A stretch of 64,000 bases of DNA from an uncultured Clostridia bacterium. Lineage in GTDB: Bacteria > Bacillota > Clostridia > Christensenellales > CAG-314. Of this stretch, positions 1-7,509 are shown in pieces. Position 1 is the stretch's first letter; each line of letters starts with the position of its first letter. The position numbers were made by a program, and so were the translations under genes. Below the pieces are notes generated by a model. It did no database searches. It was given only the letters and a program-made list of their open reading frames with translations, and had not been told where the DNA came from. Location: assembly GCA_944364615.1 (NCBI GenBank), contig CALVWF010000006.1:22969-86968 (forward strand). Reading direction: 5' to 3'.

Positions 1-1312
1 TTTGCTTTGCTGTTGCAGTAAAACAGGACACGGGGATGGGTTTACGCTCGGTTTTCTTATCCTTTTGAAGTTTGCGAATGAAATCACCGATATACAAATA
101 ATCTACTCTGAAGTCCTGCCCCCAAGCGGAGAAACAATGCGCTTCATCGATAACAAAACGCACGATATTGCGCGACATCAAGAGTCGCTCTATCGTTTTC
201 GAGCGAAGCTGTTCGGGGGATATGTAAAGCAGAGATGCTTTGCCATTTTTAACTCTTTCTATAGCATCTGCGCGTTCAATGGGATTCATCATTCCATTGA
301 TGGTTACTGCACCTTCGATGCCTTTCTCCACAAGGTTGTCAACTTGGTCTTTCATTAACGATTGAAGAGGAGAAATTACAACAGTAAGACCATGTGTTGC
401 TCTCCCTGCCATCAGCGCAGGCAATTGGAATGTAATTGACTTTCCACCACCTGTCGGGAATACGGCAAGAAGCGATTTTCCATCAACGGCTGCTTGTGCG
501 GCGACTTCTTGCAACGAGATCTCATCACCGGCAAACTTACGGAAGCCGGGATAACCGAAGAAGGTTTTCAGCCACTTATGAATATCAAGAGCGTTGCGAC
601 AATATTCGCAATGTTCTTCACATGGCGTGTTACATAAAAATTTTATAACATTCTCAATTTTGGGATAGTTATAGAGAAGCCAAGGCGGTGTGGTAGAATA
701 ATGATCATCACAACCGACCAAAGCAAGCGCATACGCCAATTCTACGGGATAGTGCTTTATAAGAACATCTAAATCTGCGTTTGCACATATCCTTCTTGAA
801 AATTCATCACTGATCAGTTGTGCTAAGTTATATTTATAGGGTTTGAAATCCACATAGTCAAAAAATCCTTGGAATTCCGGATGGCTATAAAGTAAACCGC
901 AATATATCATTTTGCGATTCTTTGACAATTGATAAAACGCATTCACTTCGTCATAAAACAAGGTGGATGCTTTATGGCTGTCGTTGACGGGATTATTTAA
1001 TTCTTCGACTTGAAGCTTATCATCCTTAAGCAGTTTGTGATAAGGACGCTTTGGGAACATCAGAGGAGAAAGATAGAGTGTATCTATCACCTTCTGATGA
1101 AGAGCATCCCCTATATGTGGTTTGATATGCTTCATATCGTGGTGAACTACATTGTGACCGCATAGAAACTCCACACCTGCCACGAAGGCACAAAACTCCG
1201 ACACGGAAGGAGAATGAAAAACAGTTTTGTCACCTCTGACCGCGCCTATATCAAGTATTTTGTTTTCATGAACACTTATTTCTGTGTCGAAGAATACTAT
1301 GCTTTTTGCCAT
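1..1312 (-). CDS. RecQ-family helicase with N-terminal DEDD-exonuclease-like domain; runs off the left edge (absent from the ORF track)
   Basis: Manual minus-strand translation from ATG at 1312 (GGAGG RBS): MAKSIVFFDTE...CGHNVVHHD...IDTLYLS, then RecQ motifs PTGGGKS, VISPLQSLMKDQV, YISPE, IDEAHCFSAWGQDFR, FTATA at the edge. Confidence 0.9.
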   Translation of the reverse strand, partial: MAKSIVFFDTEISVHENKILDIGAVRGDKTVFHSPSVSEFCAFVAGVEFLCGHNVVHHDMKHIKPHIGDALHQKVIDTLYLSPLMFPKRPYHKLLKDDKLQVEELNNPVNDSHKASTLFYDEVNAFYQLSKNRKMIYCGLLYSHPEFQGFFDYVDFKPYKYNLAQLISDEFSRRICANADLDVLIKHYPVELAYALALVGCDDHYSTTPPWLLYNYPKIENVIKFLCNTPCEEHCEYCRNALDIHKWLKTFFGYPGFRKFAGDEISLQEVAAQAAVDGKSLLAVFPTGGGKSITFQLPALMAGRATHGLTVVISPLQSLMKDQVDNLVEKGIEGAVTINGMMNPIERADAIERVKNGKASLLYISPEQLRSKTIERLLMSRNIVRFVIDEAHCFSAWGQDFRVDYLYIGDFIRKLQKDKKTERKPIPVSCFTATAKQ

Positions 1313-1334
1313 ATTGGCCTCCAGATTGTTCTTA

Positions 1335-2270
1335 TCAAATGATTCTTACAATTGCGTGCAAGTTATCTATTATAAATTTTTGCGCTTTGATATTGTAAAG
1401 AGCAATGCTATACTCACCGTTGCTACCGCTTCTGCGCTCAACGCTAATACCCATTTCACTACCAATATCGCTTGGCAATTTATAGTTCTTTGCATCAAGC
1501 GAAACCACTTTCAGAATTCCAACGCTCAATAACCACTCTGTAATATCCGTCGCTTTTAATTTTGCTGCGCTCGTGTTTGTCTTTAACGCATTTATTCTGC
1601 CAGTAATCTGACTTATCATCAAAGGTGTTTCGGAGAATTCAAATTTTTCAAGCTCTGCTTGAGTGATTTCAAATGGCTCGGATGGCTTGCGTTTAACTGT
1701 TGTATTCGAATATGCTACAGAAGTTTTAGAGAATTCGATAATTTCCGAAAGATGCTCTCTTATGAAGCGTTGAGCGTTCACATTGCATCGAACATAGTAT
1801 TTTGCTCGGCCGTTGTCCTTTATTACCTCATCCGTGGTAATACCGAGATTAACTCCTTTTTGTGTAGGGCGTTTGGTCATCTTATTATCGCTCGTTGCAA
1901 TTCTCGTCAAATATCCTTCATGCAAAAGCCAATTGTTTATCTCGGTTGCGGTAAATTTACGAGTTGATCTTAACGCATCGTTTACTCGCTTTGCAAAAGT
2001 GCTTATGCCCACTCTCAACGCAGAGCATTCGATTCTTGTAAGAACATCGGGCGTGACGATCCACTCGTTAGTCTTATACATTTCTGTCAAGGCAGACGGA
2101 TTTTCAATAATTTTAGATAAGATATCCGCTACATATAAAAAGCATTTGGATAGTCTTGGGTTAAGCGCAACCTCGCCGTCGGGGATAAGTGTGCCGTCAG
2201 TAGGATCAATACCGATGGCTAATTTATCAATAAATGATTTTGCGTAAGCAATCTTTTCTATTTCTGTCAT
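1335..2270 (-). CDS. Hypothetical protein with two tandem antirepressor-C/winged-helix-like repeats
   Basis: 311-aa ORF with GAGG RBS; internal repeat ATEINNWLLHEGYL..PTQKGVNLGI..NAQRFI vs ATDITEWLLSVGIL..PSDIGSEMGI..KAQKFI. Confidence 0.6.
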   Translation of the reverse strand: MTEIEKIAYAKSFIDKLAIGIDPTDGTLIPDGEVALNPRLSKCFLYVADILSKIIENPSALTEMYKTNEWIVTPDVLTRIECSALRVGISTFAKRVNDALRSTRKFTATEINNWLLHEGYLTRIATSDNKMTKRPTQKGVNLGITTDEVIKDNGRAKYYVRCNVNAQRFIREHLSEIIEFSKTSVAYSNTTVKRKPSEPFEITQAELEKFEFSETPLMISQITGRINALKTNTSAAKLKATDITEWLLSVGILKVVSLDAKNYKLPSDIGSEMGISVERRSGSNGEYSIALYNIKAQKFIIDNLHAIVRII

Positions 2271-2282
2271 AACAAACCTCTA

Positions 2283-2492
2283 TTAATTCTCAATATCAGT
2301 GATTTCAACAATATCGCTGATATCGCATTTTAAAGCAGTACAAATACGAACAAGGGTTTCAGTTGAAACATTTTCATCTTTGTTGAGCTTAGTTAATGTT
2401 CCACGACTGATTCCGGCTTGTTCAAGCAAATCCTTCTTTTTCATTTTTCGATCTATTAAAAGCTTCCATAGTTTGTTGTAACAAATAGCCAT
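2283..2492 (-). CDS. Cro/C1-type HTH transcriptional regulator
   Basis: YNKLWKLLIDRKMKKKDL..AGIS..TL.KL..ENVS...L.RIC.AL.CDI.DI, typical of small Firmicutes Xre proteins; GAGG RBS. Confidence 0.9.
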   Translation of the reverse strand: MAICYNKLWKLLIDRKMKKKDLLEQAGISRGTLTKLNKDENVSTETLVRICTALKCDISDIVEITDIEN

Positions 2493-2701
2493 GTTGCACC
2501 TCGAAATATAAATCTTTTATACCATTATACGTCATCGCATAAATAATTACAAGAGATTTGCTGTTTTGTTTTGAATTTTTGATTGATTTGTGGTCAAAAA
2601 GTCTATTTTCGTGTGAATAATTCCTAAACAATTGATATTTCAGTCCAGTATGAAAAAGATAATCCATCACAGACTCTTGTCCATGATGGATTTCCTTGCT
2701 T

Positions 2702-2968
2702 TCACTTAATTAAGGTTTCTATCGCTATCTGCATTCCTAATTTGAAGGCATACTCGAAGATGGCTGCTTCGGCGAGGCTCATGTACTCGCTCCAGCAATC
2801 GTGGAACTTTTCGAATGTTTCTTTCTGCTCGTCCGTGAAGCTCTTTTCTAAGTCTTCGTGATGCCTTGCCATGTAGCCGAGAAGTTCATTCATCTCCTTC
2901 GAGTTGGTTCGGCTGTCCTCTTGCGGAATGATGTTTCCGTGCCATAGTTCTTTTATTGGGTTGTCCAT
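2702..2968 (-). CDS. Small acidic hypothetical protein (DUF6809-like), common in Firmicutes mobile regions
   Basis: GGAGG RBS before ATG 2968; IKELWHGNI.P.E...F.YAFKLG pattern. Confidence 0.65.
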   Translation of the reverse strand: MDNPIKELWHGNIIPQEDSRTNSKEMNELLGYMARHHEDLEKSFTDEQKETFEKFHDCWSEYMSLAEAAIFEYAFKLGMQIAIETLIK

Positions 2969-2992
2969 GTGTTGCACCTCCTGTTAGCACAA

Positions 2993-3040
2993 CACACTAC
3001 CACAGAAAGAGAGAAAAGTCCAGTTAACAAACTGTTAACT
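2993..3040 (-). promoter_or_regulatory. sigma-A-like promoter (TGGACT-17-TAGTGT) with adjacent palindrome AGTTAACA-AAC-TGTTAACT
   Basis: Read on the minus strand upstream of the 2968 start; palindrome at 3022-3040 abuts the -35. Confidence 0.45.
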
Positions 3041-3050
3041 CTCACCGCAT

Positions 3051-3094
3051 AGAAAAAAGTCATTACAGAATTCCTTCCGTAATGACTTTTTTCT
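3051..3094. terminator. Bidirectional intrinsic terminator-like hairpin
   Basis: AGAAAAAAGTCATTAC ... GTAATGACTTTTTTCT inverted repeat. Confidence 0.7.
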
Positions 3095-3495
3095 TAAGCC
3101 CATCTGATCCGTATCGGTCTTTACCCAGTGTTCACTTTTTGTCCCTATGAGTAAAAACACTTCGTTTCGTTGCTATTTGTTTGAGAGTTTTGTTATTCAA
3201 TAAGTAGTTAAAACTGAGGGCAAATAAATACCCCCGTCAGACAAGTTTGAGAGTTTTGTTATTCAATAAGTAGTTAAAACTCAAGCGGAAAGTAATCGAT
3301 ACCGCTTTTTGTTTGAGAGTTTTGTTATTCAATAAGTAGTTAAAACCTCATCATGTCGAAGTAACCAATGCTTGCGGTTTGAGAGTTTTGTTATTCAATA
3401 AGTAGTTAAAACTCTGCATACGAGCGTCGCCGTTGTCCACGTGTTTGAGAGTTTTGTTATTCAATAAGTAGTTAAAACATTTTTGCCTAAATCAG

Positions 3496-3527
3496 TGTTA
3501 TAATTTGGAAAAACACCGAAAAAGGAG
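3496..3527 (+). promoter_or_regulatory. Extended -10 promoter (TGTTATAAT) and RBS (AAAGGAG) inside the giant spacer
   Basis: TGnTATAAT at 3496-3504; AAAGGAG at 3521-3527, 6 nt before ATG 3534. Confidence 0.7.
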
Positions 3528-3533
3528 CGAATT

Positions 3534-3902
3534 ATGAAAAAATATTTCACAAAACGCAACATTCTTATCGTGGCGACAATCTTATGCTTTTTGATTGCAA
3601 TTTTGTTTGCTTTTGTGCCGTCTTGGTATTGGCAAGTTCTCACATATGATACACGCACACACGAATTTAAAATGTTGGGTTTTGGGTACCCGATAGCGTT
3701 AGCAAAATATGGTTGTATTGTTGTTTACAGGTTGGTTATTGTGTGCATATTTGCAATGTTGTTTCTCGTGTGTTCTATTATGCTTTCAATTGACATTTTC
3801 AAGCAATACCGACAAGAACACCCACGCAAGCCGACATACAAGCAACGCATTGCCGAACTTGAAAAGCAAATAGCCGAATTAAAGCAAAACACTAAGGACT
3901 GA
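3534..3902 (+). CDS. 122-aa two-TM membrane protein with C-terminal coiled coil (moron-like), inside the CRISPR array
   Basis: Strong RBS; two hydrophobic segments; QRIAELEKQIAELKQ heptads; followed by a terminator. Confidence 0.8.
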   Translation: MKKYFTKRNILIVATILCFLIAILFAFVPSWYWQVLTYDTRTHEFKMLGFGYPIALAKYGCIVVYRLVIVCIFAMLFLVCSIMLSIDIFKQYRQEHPRKPTYKQRIAELEKQIAELKQNTKD

Positions 3903-3919
3903 AAAACAGTCCTTTTTTT
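3894..3919 (+). terminator. Intrinsic terminator inside the giant spacer
   Basis: AAGGACTG-AAAAA-CAGTCCTT followed by a T run, between two convergent ORFs. Confidence 0.8.
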
Positions 3920-4349
3920 ATTGCTCTATGATGTTTTCCACTACTGCCCCTAACTGCGTGTTGAATTGCTGTTCGTCAAGGCTTTCGCCCACTACGTTTG
4001 TAAACTCGTCCACAATGTCGGGATACACGGTGTCGCTGTTGTCCACAAAGTCAAAGGTTATCACGCTGAACGTGTTGCCGTCCGCTGATATAGTCAGCCG
4101 TGGTATGCAGTCAATCACCGCCCCGATGTCGCAAAGACACTCCCACAAGGTTGTTTGCGTGTTCCACTCAAACTGTGGGGAAATTGTTTCGGTCAGCACT
4201 GCTACTACGTCCATGTCGGTGGTAACGGTGTAAAGTGGCGCACCGCCCGAGGCGGTCAAAGGCGTTACCGCTAAAAGCCGTTGCAACACCGCTAAAAGGC
4301 TCAAACGCTCGGCGGTATCTTCGGGCTGTGTCACCTTAAAACCGTCAAT
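3918..4349 (-). pseudogene. 5'-truncated gene fragment, possibly a phage structural (tail/baseplate-like) protein C-terminus
   Basis: Frame is open to the repeat boundary at 4349 (IDGFKVTQPED...) and stops only inside the repeat; no RBS; acidic, Thr/Val-rich composition. Phage assignment is inference. Confidence 0.55.
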
Positions 4350-4449
4350 GTTTGAGAGTTTTGTTATTCAATAAGTAGTTAAAACTAAAAATCTGCGACT
4401 ACTTTGATATAAGTGGTTTGAGAATTTTGTTATTGCGGAGCAACGTAAA

Positions 4450-4481
4450 AAATGCCTGCAACTGTACAGTTACAGGCATTT
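4450..4481. terminator. Hairpin terminator between the CRISPR trailer and the TIR-FtsK gene
   Basis: AAATGCCTG...CAGGCATTT inverted repeat. Confidence 0.7.
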
Positions 4482-4482
4482 G

Positions 4483-6336
4483 TCAGTTGGTGTCGGACAA
4501 AATTTTCTTGTATTTTTCAAGATCTTCGGGAGGAATGGTCAATTTGCCGCTTTCCTTGTCGGCATAGCCTCTTTGACACATCATTTCGAATATACGCACA
4601 GCCTTGGAAAATCCTATAGACAAAGTGCGCTGCAATGTGCTTACGGTAGCCTTGTTGCAAGACGCCATCTTCACCATTGCGTCGGCAAAAACTTCTTCCG
4701 GAAGTAAGTCGACTGTTTTTAACGGCAGTTGTTCCTCTTCTAAAGATTCCTGCCGCGACGCGCTCCGTCGCAAAATCTCCTCGGGATTGTTTAACCGTTT
4801 AATCGTCTTTTCGATATACTTGTCGTCAGTCGAAAGCGCCTGCAACCGTACGGCAGGGGTAAAAGGCTGAACATACAGTGTATCGCAACCGTCAATCAGT
4901 TGCGTTGCTTCCGACGAATCGGTCAGCACGAAAGAATTTTTAGGGTCGCTGCATTTAAACGCTATCCTGCAGATGAAATTTGCTTTTACAAGACCTGAAA
5001 TTTTAGAAACGTCCTCACCGCCCACAGCGACAAGCGTGTAAATGCCCGCGGCGCGACTTTTTGTCAGAATCTTGGAAAGCAGTTGATCGAGCGTTTTGTC
5101 GGGCACATAGCCGTTAATGACAAATACAATGTACGGCAATGCCTTCCGCGCCGTCTTGTTGTAATCGGCAAGACATCTGCAAATATTTCCCGAAGCGCTT
5201 GCCTCAAGCATCAGCGAATACCTCGACTCCATTTCTTTGGTAAGGTCGAGTATACTTGTCGCCAGATCGGACACTTTGTTTGCGTTTGCTATGTAGACGT
5301 TCGGAGCCTTGTCAAACACTTTCAAATCCCCCGTACCGTCAAACAGACGTATAGACACTTCGGAAGGTGAATAGTTGTCAATTACATATGTCACGGCGCT
5401 CTTGACAAATTCGGAAATGTCCCGTGCGCTGTCACCCCCGACAAGAATGTGAGGACAACTGTTCAACACCGCCTTTTCCACAACGTTGTCTGCCGTTACT
5501 CCCAGCGGAATACTCAGTTCCGCCGATTTGCCTTCGAATTTTTGCACATATTGCGTATACTCGGGAGCCAACGCATATTCTAACGGTGCCTGTACCACGA
5601 AGACGTTTGAACGTACCAGATAATGCACGGTAGCATTGCCTTGGCGCAATTGCGCAGCCAATTTGTTTGTAAGTAAGTTTACATTCACCACGTCCCGTTC
5701 CACTTTTCCGCAGGCATTCTTTACAGATGAAAAGTTTCTGTGATTCATCTGCCGGTCAAACAGAATATTAAATCCGTCTTCCGGTTCCACCGTGTATTCG
5801 GCAACGGACGGCGAACGCATATTACACTTTACGCCCTGAATTTTTATACCGTTTTCGAAAAAGAACGTAGTCAGAAACTTCATTGCCTCAACGGGATCGC
5901 CCATATTGATCTCTTGTGGCAACGACTGTCCCGCCACTCCTGCAAGTTCCGCAATTACCTTTAAAACCTTCTTCATTTGCGGAGAGTTCTCGTCAACCGA
6001 AGGGAGCGACACTATTTGCTGGTCGCACAAAAAAAACTGAAAGGTCGAATTTAACATTATGTCTTCCAGTTGCAGAGGAACAATCGTCTTGCGGTAATTG
6101 ATTGCCCTTTCCACTTCCTTGGACACCCACGGAGATTGCTGGGCGTCTTTTGTAAGCAACAGCACCACACAGGCGCAGTTTTTCAAAGCGTCGGGAATTA
6201 CCTCCGCATAAGACGAGCCCGCGGGAATATCGTAAGGAGCCATCCATGTATCGATTTTCCTGCGACTCAACAGTGAACGCGTTGCGTCCGCCGCCTTCTG
6301 GTTTTTAGTGCTGTAACTGATAAAAACGTAACCCAT
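4483..6336 (-). CDS. TIR domain fused to a degenerate FtsK/SpoIIIE motor domain and an FtsK gamma domain
   Basis: N-term VFISYS...SPWVSKEV (TIR); PHILVGG, RAAGI, KANFICRIAF (FtsK); STLQRTLSIGFSKAVRIFEMM (gamma wHTH). Confidence 0.85.
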   Translation of the reverse strand: MGYVFISYSTKNQKAADATRSLLSRRKIDTWMAPYDIPAGSSYAEVIPDALKNCACVVLLLTKDAQQSPWVSKEVERAINYRKTIVPLQLEDIMLNSTFQFFLCDQQIVSLPSVDENSPQMKKVLKVIAELAGVAGQSLPQEINMGDPVEAMKFLTTFFFENGIKIQGVKCNMRSPSVAEYTVEPEDGFNILFDRQMNHRNFSSVKNACGKVERDVVNVNLLTNKLAAQLRQGNATVHYLVRSNVFVVQAPLEYALAPEYTQYVQKFEGKSAELSIPLGVTADNVVEKAVLNSCPHILVGGDSARDISEFVKSAVTYVIDNYSPSEVSIRLFDGTGDLKVFDKAPNVYIANANKVSDLATSILDLTKEMESRYSLMLEASASGNICRCLADYNKTARKALPYIVFVINGYVPDKTLDQLLSKILTKSRAAGIYTLVAVGGEDVSKISGLVKANFICRIAFKCSDPKNSFVLTDSSEATQLIDGCDTLYVQPFTPAVRLQALSTDDKYIEKTIKRLNNPEEILRRSASRQESLEEEQLPLKTVDLLPEEVFADAMVKMASCNKATVSTLQRTLSIGFSKAVRIFEMMCQRGYADKESGKLTIPPEDLEKYKKILSDTN

Positions 6337-6503
6337 GAATATCCCCTCCCATCAAACTTTAAGACAAGACCTGTGTTTTTACAACTATATTTAAATACGA
6401 CGCACGCAGCATAAATCTGCCCGCCACATTTATTTATATTACAACAAATGCATAAGTTTGTCAATTGCGCCCGTTGCGCGCACGGCAAATTTTTGCTACG
6501 ACA

Positions 6504-6540
6504 AAAGCCCTTTCTCTGCAAAAGAAAGGGCTTTTTTTGT
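6504..6540. terminator. Terminator downstream of trxB
   Basis: AAAAGCCCTTT...AAAGGGCTTTT inverted repeat. Confidence 0.75.
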
Positions 6541-6590
6541 TTTATACATTCGGCAAAAGGACAAGGGAATTGCGATGTCGAAAAATACCT

Positions 6591-7499
6591 TTAAATCTGT
6601 CTGTCCAGCCAATTGACCGCACCCATTGCCGCCACGGCTCCGTCGCCCGCAGCAGTGGTAAGTTGGCGGATCGTCTTCGTACGGCAGTCTCCTGCCACAA
6701 AAACTCCAGGGGTTACCGTCGTACAATCTTCGCCCGACGCAAAGTAACCCTGAGCGTCCAGCGTTGCGACGTTGGCAAACCTCTTGTTGTCGGGAACCTG
6801 TCCTATTGCGATAAACAGAGCGTCTACCTCAAGAACTTCGGTTTTTCCTTCGTGTTCCAGCACCACCGCCCGCAACTCGCTTTCCCCCTGCATATCCACA
6901 AGGTTGACGTTTTTGTGCCATATTATCTTGTCGTTGGCAAATATCCTCTGTTGCAGATAAATATCGCCCATGAGTTTGTCTGTCAGAGTAAGCAGATGCA
7001 CTTCCGGCGCAAGGTTGGACAAATACAAAGCGTATTGCAATGCGGAATTACCGTCACCCAGAACAGCCATTTTTTTGTCTTTATAAAATGCGCCGTCGCA
7101 CACTGCGCAGTAGCACACGCCTTTTCCTTGCAGACGTCTTTCGGCAGGGATATTTAAATGACGGTGTTTTACACCCGTTGCAAGAATGACGGATTTGGCG
7201 ATTGTTTCGCCGTATTCCGTTACCGCGGCAAAGGTTTTGTCGGGCAACCTGCGAATTTCCAGCACCTCGCCCATGTCCACGTCGGCGCCCTGAAACATCA
7301 CCTGATCCAGCAATTTGTCGGAAAACGCACTGCCGCTTATTTCCTTAATGGTGGGAAAATTTTCCACGCGCGGAGAAAACGCTATTTGTCCTCCGAAGGC
7401 GTTACCTTCCAGTACGGCAACTTTTTTGCCTGCTCTCAAAGCGTACAGTGCGGCGGTAAGACCTGCCGTGCCTGCGCCTACTACAACTATGTCGTACAT
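6591..7499 (-). CDS. trxB: Thioredoxin reductase
   Basis: GAGTAGLTAA, CAVCDG, GDGNSA, GVFVAGD motifs; start moved to MYDIVVVG (GAGG RBS). Confidence 0.93.
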   Translation of the reverse strand: MYDIVVVGAGTAGLTAALYALRAGKKVAVLEGNAFGGQIAFSPRVENFPTIKEISGSAFSDKLLDQVMFQGADVDMGEVLEIRRLPDKTFAAVTEYGETIAKSVILATGVKHRHLNIPAERRLQGKGVCYCAVCDGAFYKDKKMAVLGDGNSALQYALYLSNLAPEVHLLTLTDKLMGDIYLQQRIFANDKIIWHKNVNLVDMQGESELRAVVLEHEGKTEVLEVDALFIAIGQVPDNKRFANVATLDAQGYFASGEDCTTVTPGVFVAGDCRTKTIRQLTTAAGDGAVAAMGAVNWLDRQI

Positions 7500-7509
7500 G
7501 TTCACCTCG

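Larger units (their letters stand above)
3179..4451 (+). CRISPR. Type II-like CRISPR array with no cas genes in the window: 6 identical repeats, 1 degenerate terminal repeat, five 30-bp spacers and one 871-bp spacer
   Basis: Repeat GTTTGAGAGTTTTGTTATTCAATAAGTAGTTAAAAC at 3179, 3245, 3311, 3377, 3443, 4350; degenerate copy GTTTGAGAATTTTGTTATTGCGG at 4416 marks the trailer end; 36/30 geometry and GTTT...AAAC ends fit type II. Confidence 0.97.

Noticed and set aside
2-648. Plus-strand ORFs 2-358 and 436-648
   Set aside because: Antisense shadows of the minus-strand RecQ-like gene
3179-3478. Type VI (Cas13) assignment based on 36/30 geometry and the AAAAC end
   Set aside because: The repeat lacks a strong stem-loop and starts GTTTGAGAG, which fits type II better
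3426-4046. Partial match of spacer 4 (GTCGCCGTTGTCCAC) to 4032-4046 in the giant spacer
   Set aside because: Only 14/15 nt with a poor, gapped extension; likely chance
3479-4349. IS or MITE insertion as the explanation for the array interruption
   Set aside because: No transposase, terminal inverted repeats or target-site duplication; both flanking repeats are intact
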